Assembly: GCA_965204745.1 (NCBI GenBank)
Contig: OZ242010.1
Location: forward strand, 1,664,001-1,728,000
Length of the DNA stretch: 64,000 bases
From: Candidatus Latescibacterota bacterium
GTDB taxonomy: Bacteria; Latescibacterota; UBA2968
Direction of reading: 5' to 3'
Shown here: positions 11,752 to 20,377 of the stretch, piece by piece
How positions within the stretch are numbered: the first letter of the stretch is position 1
How the letters are laid out: each line of letters begins with the position of its first letter
Translations under genes and position numbers: made by a program
Notes under the pieces: generated by a model
The model's input: the letters and a program-made list of their open reading frames with translations, nothing else
What the model was told of the DNA's origin: nothing
Databases searched by the model: none

Positions 11752-12044
11752 ACTTGCTTTCTCCTGTTTAGGGAATTTATTCGCCTAAAAAAAAAGGCAG
11801 TGATGATAAATCCATCTGATCCTACCTCACGATACGGTACGAGCAGAAATTTTCCAGACTCTATCTCGCGTACCGCGATCAATTCGCCTTGGTTACCCAC
11901 GAGGATTTTCAGGGGGTCTGTGACAGTTTCGAGGATTTCTTCCCGCATGCCTGCGAGTTCACAGTGTTCTTCTGTAATATGTGCCCAGCGTTCATCTGTG
12001 AGCCGGATCGGGATGCCGTTTAGCGATTGTGTGACTTCGTCCAT
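11733..12044 (-). CDS. Putative RelE/BECR-fold toxin (DUF4258-like partner of DUF2283)
   Basis: IRLTDERWAHITEEH...ETVTDP...VPYRE...GFIITAF; ~100 aa, overlaps the DUF2283 gene. Confidence 0.7.
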   Translation of the reverse strand: MDEVTQSLNGIPIRLTDERWAHITEEHCELAGMREEILETVTDPLKILVGNQGELIAVREIESGKFLLVPYREVGSDGFIITAFFFRRINSLNRRKQVWPLSQ

Positions 12045-12066
12045 GAATAACCATCGTAGTTCATGT

Positions 12067-12558
12067 TTATCCGCTCGACAAATCTCGCTTGGCGATTAGG
12101 ATGCCGTCTGCGTCTGCGTAGAGATAATCGCCGGGCAGGAAGGTGACGCCGGCAAATGCGAGGGGCGTGTTTTGGCGGCCATGGCCTTCTTTGCGACTGC
12201 GGCGCGGCACAGCGAAACGCGCTTTGACGCCGATAGGGATTTTGGCGAGCTCGGAAACATCGCGCACCCCGCCGTTGATGACGATGCCCGACCAACTGTT
12301 GTCGCTGGCGATTTGCGCGACCATATCCCCCAACAGCGCGCACCACGTCGAAGCCTCGCCATCGACGACGAGCACGCGACCGTCGCCCGGGGTTTCGAGC
12401 ACTTGGCGCACGAGCGCGTTGTCTTCGCAAACTTTGACCGTGGCAATCGGACCGCAAAATGCAAGGGTCCCGCCGTAGTCGTCAAACAGGGGTTCGGCAA
12501 CTTGGAGCGTGGGATCGGTTTCATATTCGTCGCACAAATCCGTGGTATTGAAAGCCAT
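12067..12558 (-). CDS. rraA: RraA family protein (RNase E regulator / HMG aldolase-like)
   Basis: MAFNTTDLCD, FCGPIATVKVCEDN, VLVVDG, ALLGD, GGVRD, GDYLYADADG. Confidence 0.92.
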   Translation of the reverse strand: MAFNTTDLCDEYETDPTLQVAEPLFDDYGGTLAFCGPIATVKVCEDNALVRQVLETPGDGRVLVVDGEASTWCALLGDMVAQIASDNSWSGIVINGGVRDVSELAKIPIGVKARFAVPRRSRKEGHGRQNTPLAFAGVTFLPGDYLYADADGILIAKRDLSSG

Positions 12559-12772
12559 CGATGATCTCCCAGAATTTTGATGAACAAGGTGCTGACCGCT
12601 TAATATGCGTTTCAAAAGCGACTTGTCAATTTTTTTGTTTCGCAAAGCGGAACGGGGTACAACTGGCCGTTTTTCAGACCCAGTTCATCAGCAAAGGGCA
12701 TACGGATTTTGGGGCTGTTGGGCGGCCCTCTCCCGTCTTACCTCTCACCTCTCCCGTCTTGCCTCTCCCCTC

Positions 12773-13762
12773 TCACCATTCAAATACCACGCCCAAGGCT
12801 TCTGTTGGATCGTCGGCGAGCATGTCGAAGGTGGTCTGGCAATCGGCGGGTTTTGCGATATGGGTTATCAGGTCTTCAATGGGCAACTTGCCCGCGGCCA
12901 TCAAGCGCAAGACCAACTCGCGGTCCCTGCGCTTGTTCCAGGGATAGTAGATGTGCTCATCGTCCGGCGTTTTGGGCTGGTGCGCGCCTAAAATGGAGAC
13001 TTCGCGCTGGTGAACTTCGGGCAAAAAGCTCACTTCCACTTTGCCGCGTGGAGACCCCAGCGCGACCAGTCGCCCACCCAGCCGGGGCAAAGAGAGTGCC
13101 GTGGGATAGACTGCGGGGATGCCAGTCGCTTCAATGACCAGGTCCACGCCGTCGGCGGTGCCGTGGTCGCGCACGGCTTGGGCGACATCGGCTACGGCAT
13201 GGGGATTGAGACAGACATCTGCGCCCCGAGCACCGGCCCTGTCCAACCGGAAGGGGTTTATGTCGATAGCAATGACCGGCAAGGCGCCGGCCAAGCGGGC
13301 AAAGGTGGCCGCCAGTTGGCCCACAATGCCCATGCCGGTGATCGCGACGACCTCGCCCAATTCGGGACGGCCGACCCGGTGCCCGTGCAGGGCAATGGCG
13401 CACATGACCATAAAAGCCGCGGATTTGGGGGACACGCCCGCAGGCACTTGAAAGAAGTTCTGGGTCAGGACCGCGTGGTGCGCGTGATTGCCCTGCCCGG
13501 CGACGCGGTCGCCGGGTTTGACATTTCGCACGTCTTTGCCGACTTCGAGCGCGATGCCCGTGTTGCAATAGCCGGTTGGGCGCGGGAAGGTTCTCGGCCG
13601 GGATGGCTCGCCCCCGTGTGCGTAGTTGTAGATTTCCGTGCCGACGCTGATGGCGGTGTAATCGTTTTGCACCAAGATGCCGTGGGCCGGCAGGCGCGGC
13701 AATTCAAATTCCCGCAATTCGATCCGCCGAATGCCCGTGCAGACCAAGCGTTGCGATTTCAT
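12773..13762 (-). CDS. MDR-family (zinc-binding-type) alcohol dehydrogenase
   Basis: AISVGTE, TGYCNTG, GDRV, GMGIVG Rossmann motif, DLVIEATG, LITH. Confidence 0.9.
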   Translation of the reverse strand: MKSQRLVCTGIRRIELREFELPRLPAHGILVQNDYTAISVGTEIYNYAHGGEPSRPRTFPRPTGYCNTGIALEVGKDVRNVKPGDRVAGQGNHAHHAVLTQNFFQVPAGVSPKSAAFMVMCAIALHGHRVGRPELGEVVAITGMGIVGQLAATFARLAGALPVIAIDINPFRLDRAGARGADVCLNPHAVADVAQAVRDHGTADGVDLVIEATGIPAVYPTALSLPRLGGRLVALGSPRGKVEVSFLPEVHQREVSILGAHQPKTPDDEHIYYPWNKRRDRELVLRLMAAGKLPIEDLITHIAKPADCQTTFDMLADDPTEALGVVFEW

Positions 13763-13773
13763 TTTTCGTTCTC

Positions 13774-15096
13774 CTATGGGGGATCGACCGGGACTTTCTG
13801 GCGTTTTGGAATGAGGGGATCGTAGGTAAAGCCCTCGGTTGCCTTTTCAAATTCCGCGCGGGCCGCTCGCAACTGCTCGGGGTTCGAGATCAGATCGATG
13901 GCCGATCCGGCAAAGACTTTGGCCGTTTGCAAAATCGCGCGCTCGGCAAAGGGCATGGCGGCTTGGGCGGTCATGTCTCGGTGATGGCCCGGCGTGCCCT
14001 TGGTATAGCACACCATCTGAAACCGGCCCATCGGCGCGAGCCACGACACATTGTCTTCATCCGATGAGCCGCGCCCTTGCGACCCCTTGCCCGTTTTGAT
14101 TTTCCCATCAAATTTGCCTTTGTACCCGAGTGCCTGCACGCGCTCCTCGTCTTTTTTGGATGCACGCGGCGGGCCGAATAATTCGAGGTTTTGGCGCACG
14201 GTTTCACCCATGGCATCGTTTGGCAACCGGGGATAGACAGCCGTGATCCGATGCCATTTCATCGTGGTTTCCGTGGCCATGGCCGCGCCTTTGGCGCATT
14301 TGGTCAATCGCTTGCGGATCTCATCGACCTGTGCGCGATCTTTTCCCCGCACGTAGTACCACACTTTCGCGTAGGCCGGCACCACATTGGGCGCGTCGCC
14401 ACCATCGCGGATCACGCAGTGAATACGCACGTTTTCGGGGACGTGTTCGCGCAAATAATTCGCCGCAATATCCATCAACATCACGCCGTCCAATGCGCTG
14501 CGCCCATGGTGCGCGCTCGCGCCGTGAGACGTTTTGCCAAAAAATTCGTACACCAGCGAATCCAGCGATGAGCCTCCGCGGTTGTTCACGCCCGTACTCG
14601 TTCCCGGATGCCACGCGAGCACCGCGTCCAAATCGCGGAACGCGCCATCGCGGGCCATATAGACCTTGCCGGACAGGGTCTCTTCGGCCGGGCAGCCGTA
14701 ATAGATGATCTGCCCGGGGGATTTCAAATTTTCCAACACTGCTTTTGCAGCGACCGCACCTGCGGCCGGGGCAACGCCCAACAAGTTGTGGCCTCAGCCG
14801 TGCCCCCATGTGCCTTCCTCAGCACCGCAGTTGGGCAATGCGTCGTATTCGCCCAACATGCCAATGGCGGGCTTGCCCATCCCCCATGTGGCGCGAAAGG
14901 CGGTTGGGATGTTTTTGAACGGAAATTCGATTTGGAATCCATTGTCTTCCAAATAGGTCGCCAATGCCTTCGACGATTCGCGTTCCCGAAAGGGCCGCTC
15001 GGCCCAGCCGTGAATTTGCCTGGACAGATCAAACGCCCGTCGCGATTGGGCTTTCACCGCAGGGTTGACCCGTGATTTTTTGGTTTTCGCATCCAT
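13774..15096 (-). CDS. M20 family amidohydrolase (AbgB-like) with in-frame TGA at 14794-14796 in place of the conserved Cys; probable selenoprotein
   Basis: Two ORFs in one frame join as LGEYDAL...GHG[TGA]GHNLLG...GCPAEE...WHP...GSSD; family motif is GHGCGHN; hairpin downstream of the TGA. Confidence 0.85.
14745..14774 (-). promoter_or_regulatory. Candidate bacterial SECIS element
   Basis: mRNA UUGC-CC-CGGCCGC[AGGU]GCGGUCG-CU-GCAA; apical loop begins 32 nt after the UGA and contains G. Confidence 0.65.
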
Positions 15097-15110
15097 GATG
15101 GCAGTCCTTT
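15031..15110. repeat. 80-bp direct repeat (RBS and 5' end of the M20 gene), copy A
   Basis: 79/80 identical to 18238-18317. Confidence 0.95.
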
Positions 15111-15120
15111 TTGTTGGCGA

Positions 15121-15162
15121 TTACTCCCGCACCGAGTTGACAAGTCGCGCGATGATTTCATT
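15121..15162 (-). pseudogene. Displaced 3' tail of the serine hydrolase gene (NEIIARLVNSVRE*)
   Basis: 15142-15162 is identical to 26129-26149; the current gene ends NEIIARLIDAVKK*. Confidence 0.8.
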
Positions 15163-15169
15163 GATGAGT

Positions 15170-17119
15170 TCAACCGAGATTATTTCCCGCCTTTTGCTTT
15201 GCTTCTCGAAGTTGATCGTATCGCTTTAGAAATTCTTTGTGTGCTCGTTTTACCATGGCGAGTAAATCTATGTACCTTCTGATGTAGATTTGCGAATTTG
15301 CTAAAATTTTCCTTTTTCCTCTCACTTGATAAGTGCCCACCAAATCTCCACAAAGGAGATATCCGGTGACGGCCTCGTACTGATAATCGAGATCCGTCGT
15401 CTGTTGAATGTTCTCCCGCATGAAGATAACGTACTCTTCAATTTGATCGAGTTCCTTCACAGAAGCCTTTGACCGCGGGCGTTTGATTTCCACTACGACT
15501 AAGTTCTTATCTTCTCGCACGCAGAGGAAATCAATGCGTCTGTCGCTTTCCGGGGCGTCGCTATTTTCCGGGAATTTGTCGCGCAGTAAGTCGCTATATC
15601 TCACCTCGTCATCGACCAATGTCCAACGCGGGTCAATCACCCACGGAAATTCTTTTAAGAAGTTGTGGAGCGTCGGTACTTCTAACGCATTGTTCTCAAT
15701 CAATTTTTGAAGTTTTTCAATTGTCGTGATTCGCCCTTGAGTCACCCTTGCCATTTCCTTTGCTTCGACAATTTCCCATTCCCGAAATAAATTGAGGAGT
15801 TTTTCGGTGTCCTCAAACTCCGTTTTCGTCAAGTCTTCAGCGATTTCCCAAAAAGCATCAAACTCCAAAAAATCAAGGGAGGTTTGGATGATGGGTTCGA
15901 GTTCCGCAACCTCGGCAATCGGATTCTTGTCAATCGCTTGACGCACCAATTGATCTGCCAACTTCAATGCCCGCTTATTGCCAATCTCCTCTGCTCGTTC
16001 TCGGAACTCGCCATAGACCGCGTTTTCTTCCAATTGCCGTTCATTATCTTCGCGGCGTTTCTTCGACCACTCCCGAGCAATTCGCTTGACCTCTTTATCA
16101 CCCCACTCCTTGAGAGCCGTATTCGCCTCCGTATCCCATACCAATGAGTTGCGCGTCGTTCCGATTGTATCTTCTCCTTCATCGACAAACTCGACGTGAA
16201 GTTCTCCAATGAGGTAGGAAAGCGCGAACTGTTGGCCGACAACCGCTTCAAAGACAAACGGCTCTTGGACCAATTTTCCTCTCGCCATCAGAACGATTCC
16301 GCGGTCTATCCCATCGATATCCGGCGTTGTGCGATTGAGCGCGCCAATCCAACCCGATACGGTCCAGCCCGTTTGGGGTTGGATTTCCTCTTTATCGTAT
16401 TCCCACAAATACGGCGCATCGTTCATATCTTTGTCGAGCAGGCGTTTCAAGTCGCGGTCTTCAGGCGAGATTGGAATCCCGTTAATCGCGACCTCAAAGT
16501 TTTGTCGCGCCCCAATGACAGCGAATCGCCTTGCGAGCCCTCGGCGGATTCTTTGAATCGAAATGCGGCGGGTTTGAAATTTTGTGATGTGTCTGAGGAT
16601 GACTTTTGTGCCTTTAGAGACAGTGCCAGTAGAAGCCAATGGCGGAAATTCGATTTTGCGCTCATCCGCTTTTTCCAACAGTTCGTCGTAGTTCATGCTG
16701 AAATGGCTGACTTCGCCATCTTTCACACTTTCAACATCGATCTCTTTGGCGATGCCAAACGCCGAGAACTTACCGATGCCTTTTCTGCCCATGATTTTGC
16801 GGCTGTGCGGAGGAGGCGTCTCATCGGATCGCTCATTTTCGCGCCGGTCTCGACCGATAATGAGGTATTTTTTTCGCACATCCCCATCTGACATGCCCAT
16901 GCCATCATCGCTGATGACGATTTCAGAGGTTTGTTCGTCAATCGGCGTTTCGGGTATGGTAATCTCGACCTTGGTTGCGTTTGCATCCCAACCGTTGGCT
17001 ACCAATTCCCCGATGACTGGCGGCAATGTCGAGTACATCTGCAAGCCGAGGTGCTTAATGGTATAAACGTCAAATTCCATCCGATATGGGGCTTTGGAAG
17101 CGACTGCGCGAGTACCCAT
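15170..17119 (-). CDS. GHKL/MORC-type ATPase fused to a C-terminal PD-(D/E)XK nuclease (R-M associated)
   Basis: ELVANGWDA, DDGMGM, GRKGIGK, GT motifs; C-terminal RRIDFLCV...VVVEIKRP...QIEEY. Confidence 0.85.
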   Translation of the reverse strand: MGTRAVASKAPYRMEFDVYTIKHLGLQMYSTLPPVIGELVANGWDANATKVEITIPETPIDEQTSEIVISDDGMGMSDGDVRKKYLIIGRDRRENERSDETPPPHSRKIMGRKGIGKFSAFGIAKEIDVESVKDGEVSHFSMNYDELLEKADERKIEFPPLASTGTVSKGTKVILRHITKFQTRRISIQRIRRGLARRFAVIGARQNFEVAINGIPISPEDRDLKRLLDKDMNDAPYLWEYDKEEIQPQTGWTVSGWIGALNRTTPDIDGIDRGIVLMARGKLVQEPFVFEAVVGQQFALSYLIGELHVEFVDEGEDTIGTTRNSLVWDTEANTALKEWGDKEVKRIAREWSKKRREDNERQLEENAVYGEFRERAEEIGNKRALKLADQLVRQAIDKNPIAEVAELEPIIQTSLDFLEFDAFWEIAEDLTKTEFEDTEKLLNLFREWEIVEAKEMARVTQGRITTIEKLQKLIENNALEVPTLHNFLKEFPWVIDPRWTLVDDEVRYSDLLRDKFPENSDAPESDRRIDFLCVREDKNLVVVEIKRPRSKASVKELDQIEEYVIFMRENIQQTTDLDYQYEAVTGYLLCGDLVGTYQVRGKRKILANSQIYIRRYIDLLAMVKRAHKEFLKRYDQLREAKQKAGNNLG

Positions 17120-17137
17120 AACATGTCTCCTTCAGCA

Positions 17138-18163
17138 TCAACGCGAATCGGTAATTGATTTGCCCAACTGTTCTGCGAGTTTCACCGGGACAGCGTTGCC
17201 GATTTGACGAGAACAAGAAATCAAAGATGAACCGAAAAACTCGTAATCGTCTCCAAATGTTTGCAAGGCAGCGGCCTCGCGTAAGGAAATGCCCCTGTCT
17301 TGCTCGGGGTGTATAAAGCGACCACAATAAACATCGGTGCAACGACACGTCAACGTCGGACTCGGCTCATCCCATGCCATCCGCCCAAACACATCTTTAT
17401 GGGCGTTTGGTCTCTTTTGGTGACAGGGTAACAGAATAGAGGTGTCGGTCACATCCCGCCGACTGCCGCCGTTTTTGGGGATGGCTAAGACGATGCGTTT
17501 GTGGTGCGGTTGCAGTTTTCTGGCGACGTGATTCGGATGGGCCTTTGATGCTTCGCCATCGGCAATTGCAGGGTACTTTTCAATGCACGCCCGCACGGTT
17601 GACATCCGGCTTGGATCTGTTTGTGGCTTATGTAGAGAGATTGCCCCGTGTCTGGATGCCACGAGGATGAATCTCTTGCGCGTTTGCGGAACGCCGAAGT
17701 GTTTCGCGTCGAGCAAATCCGCCGCCGCCGAAAAGCCGCACCTTTTTAAGGTCGATAGAAATTCTTTGTAGATTTCTTTTCCGTGAGCTTTATGTAGCCC
17801 GGGGACATTTTCAACGAGAATAAAATCAGGAGGGCATTTTTTGATGATTTTTGCAAAATCCAATAGGAGTATTTTTCGTTTGTCTTTGCCTTTCTGCCTG
17901 TTGAGTGTAGAAAAGGGTTGGCAGGGCGTACACGCCGCATAAAGGATGAGGTCTTGCGGCTGGATGCCGAGTTCTTCCCGAAGTGCTTCAATCTCAATAT
18001 CATTGATGTCGCTGGCAATAAAACGACTGGGCTTGTTATTGTGCGTGTAGGTCTGTTGCAAGCGTTCATCATTGTCCACGCCTGCCAACACCGAGATGCT
18101 GGCATTCAACAACCCCCTCGTTAAACCACCCGCTCCGCAAAAGAAATCAATGGCTTTGATCAT
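17138..18163 (-). CDS. C5 DNA cytosine methyltransferase
   Basis: FFCGAGG, PCQPFS, ENVPG, PQTRKR, REAAALQTF, QIGNAVP. Confidence 0.96.
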   Translation of the reverse strand: MIKAIDFFCGAGGLTRGLLNASISVLAGVDNDERLQQTYTHNNKPSRFIASDINDIEIEALREELGIQPQDLILYAACTPCQPFSTLNRQKGKDKRKILLLDFAKIIKKCPPDFILVENVPGLHKAHGKEIYKEFLSTLKRCGFSAAADLLDAKHFGVPQTRKRFILVASRHGAISLHKPQTDPSRMSTVRACIEKYPAIADGEASKAHPNHVARKLQPHHKRIVLAIPKNGGSRRDVTDTSILLPCHQKRPNAHKDVFGRMAWDEPSPTLTCRCTDVYCGRFIHPEQDRGISLREAAALQTFGDDYEFFGSSLISCSRQIGNAVPVKLAEQLGKSITDSR

Positions 18164-18239
18164 GGCATACCTTTCAAATTCTCAACCAAGCCTTGGAATG
18201 CTTTATCCAACAACCCCAACCCCGGCAACCCCTCCACAA
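18160..18239 (-). pseudogene. Displaced 3' tail of the type IIG/ISP-like R-M gene (VEGLPGLGLLDK...GMP*)
   Basis: 18215-18239 is identical to 23033-23057; its TGA overlaps the methylase ATG (ATGA). Confidence 0.8.
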
Positions 18240-18317
18240 ACGCCCGTTGCGATTGGGCTTTCACCGCAGGGTTGACCCGTGATTTTTTGGTTTTCGCATC
18301 CATGATGGCAGTCCTTT
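18238..18317. repeat. 80-bp direct repeat, copy B
   Basis: 79/80 identical to 15031-15110. Confidence 0.95.
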
Positions 18318-18535
18318 CATGTCTGTACAAAGATAGGCTCACGGATCACATCTCGAATTTCCGCAACGGACTCTTCAGCGAGCAGGCGATTGGCTTCAAG
18401 GGTCATTGCGATTGCCTCTCGAATATTGACCCGAACTTCATCGAGCGTCTCCCCTTGCGTGTTCGCGCCGGGCAATTCTTCGACAAATCCAATATACCCT
18501 TCCGAGACTTTTCTATAAACTGCGGTGAATTTCAT
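18317..18535 (-). CDS. hicB: HicB family antitoxin, orphan
   Basis: YIGFVEELPGANTQGETLDEVRVNIREAI; AAGGAG RBS; no hicA adjacent. Confidence 0.9.
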   Translation of the reverse strand: MKFTAVYRKVSEGYIGFVEELPGANTQGETLDEVRVNIREAIAMTLEANRLLAEESVAEIRDVIREPIFVQT

Positions 18536-18609
18536 GTTGGAAATCTCCTTTCGCGTTGTCTCGATCTACTGACGCTACGCACAACTTCACATATGCGTTG
18601 CTTGTCTAA

Positions 18610-18880
18610 AGCGTTTGGTCCTATAGCATCGTTTATTGCCTTTGATGCCTTCGGCGACCTACTTTTTTTCTACAGCAAAAAAAAGTAGGCGAGCGGGGTA
18701 CAACTGCCCCAGCAGTTCAAAAATGCCGCTCTCAAACGCCGAGAGGCTTGCACAGCGCAAATCGCTTTTGTAATCGCACGACATGCGCCAGCCTGCAAGG
18801 TGGGTTGCATAATGGAGGTTGGTTGCGAAACGGACTTGCGCGCTGTGCCTGATGGCTTTTTCCGATGGGTTTTTTGATGG
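18610..18880 (+). mobile_element. MITE-like element copy 2 (core only, carrying a 28-bp mini-element insertion)
   Basis: Aligns with 6110-6355 and 50311-50556; extra GAGCGGGGTACAACTGCCCCAGCAGTTC at 18691-18718. Confidence 0.8.
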
Positions 18881-18883
18881 CAT

Positions 18884-20377
18884 TCACCGTGAGTAGTCCG
18901 ATGGATTTTTCATGTTACCATTGATCACAAATACAAATGCCTTAGATGGAAAATCTTTGGCTATATCGTCTCCCCCATGAGTCTCGACATCAGTAAGAAT
19001 AATATCGTTCCGAATGTCGCCGGGGGGCTTATCTTTGGTCGTCAGGTCGAGTACGAGAAGGATGCTGACTTGTCGGGCTTCGACGCCTGCATATTGAGTA
19101 GCTTGGGCTGTGTACTTTTTCGAGATGTGCTCTCGGGCACCGTTTTCCTTTTCGACTTTTAGTTCGACAATCACTCCGCAATACCTAATATCTGTGACGC
19201 CCCCTGCTTGGCTTGAGTGTTCTTGTACATCCTGTCCGAGCACATTCCGGAGATCTCGAAGCACTCTTACTTGGAACTTAGCCTCCGATACATCACTCCG
19301 TCCCTTGTAGATTGCTTCTTGAGCATAAGTAGCCAGCAGACGAGTGAGAGCCTGAAGCATCTTTAACAAGTCAGGAAGTTCATAGCGGACTTTGGGACAG
19401 TCTGAAAGCAGTCTTGTGGCAAGTTCGTTAATGTGTTGATCCAGTCTCCGGTTGCCTGTCATCAGGGGATGCCTAGCTTCATTAACAACTTTGAGACGCA
19501 ACTCATTGTGCCCAATTACGGGGAGTTTAATGAACTTTCCGTCGGACGTTTCAAATGCGCCACGAACTGTAAATACAAGATCATCTAGACCGCTACTTTG
19601 CTCTGAATTGAACTTAATTTGTCCTGCTAATTCCCCCCGATACTCGCCATTTTCAACACTACCCGGTGCGGGCAGCACAAATTTGGAAATCGAGAACTCG
19701 GTTGAGGGACACGTCGTAAGCAAGTCAAGGTGAAGGCGAATCGCATCATTGGGCCATGTGAGGCCACGCACCCGAAATTCCAAAGGGTACAAAATATTGG
19801 GTTTTAAGAGTTGTGGACTTGCAAGCGGAGCATGATCCAGAAATACAATCACCCTCAACATCGGGCTTAGTGTAGCTACGGGTTCTTCTACCGCACCTTG
19901 ATATGGAAGATCCAATTTGCTTCTATGCCAGTACAAGATAGGTAGTGGGACTGCCAAGAGGAATGCACGCAGTCTGTCGGAATCGCATTGCCCTGTTTGG
20001 AACAATGATTGACGAATTGAATCCGCGATACCCGGCAATGTGAGAGTGTCCGACGAAATCCAACGTCGTAGCTCATCAACTAAGACATCGCATCTTGCAC
20101 GTTCCGCAACCAAGTCACCTTCACTACCTTGGGCAATTGCTACACAAGTAACTTGACTGACCAAGACACGTAGTCCGGCAACGACGACCTCCCACTCTAC
20201 AGGTACATACCCATCTGGCGTCTGTTTGATAAGTTTGTCAATCTGATCGACGAAAGTATCAACCTTCTGACACCATTCTACTTTATCATCAGTGTCCGAG
20301 TTCAAAATCGTGCGTATATCATGAATGAGTGCCACTGAATTAGAAGCATGATCAATATCCAACTTGGATTCCCACAT
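18884..20377 (-). CDS. Hypothetical protein with a C-terminal PD-(D/E)XK restriction-endonuclease-like domain
   Basis: GGVTDIRYCGVIVELKVEK...QATQYA; AT-richer than flanks; TGATG coupling to the upstream gene. Confidence 0.7.
   Translation of the reverse strand: MWESKLDIDHASNSVALIHDIRTILNSDTDDKVEWCQKVDTFVDQIDKLIKQTPDGYVPVEWEVVVAGLRVLVSQVTCVAIAQGSEGDLVAERARCDVLVDELRRWISSDTLTLPGIADSIRQSLFQTGQCDSDRLRAFLLAVPLPILYWHRSKLDLPYQGAVEEPVATLSPMLRVIVFLDHAPLASPQLLKPNILYPLEFRVRGLTWPNDAIRLHLDLLTTCPSTEFSISKFVLPAPGSVENGEYRGELAGQIKFNSEQSSGLDDLVFTVRGAFETSDGKFIKLPVIGHNELRLKVVNEARHPLMTGNRRLDQHINELATRLLSDCPKVRYELPDLLKMLQALTRLLATYAQEAIYKGRSDVSEAKFQVRVLRDLRNVLGQDVQEHSSQAGGVTDIRYCGVIVELKVEKENGAREHISKKYTAQATQYAGVEARQVSILLVLDLTTKDKPPGDIRNDIILTDVETHGGDDIAKDFPSKAFVFVINGNMKNPSDYSR

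Noticed and set aside
14794-14796. TGA as a sign of a genome-wide alternative genetic code
   Set aside because: TGA ends many genes here at their expected C-termini (urtD, ureC, smc, sulfatases), and the aligned residue is Cys rather than Trp or Gly
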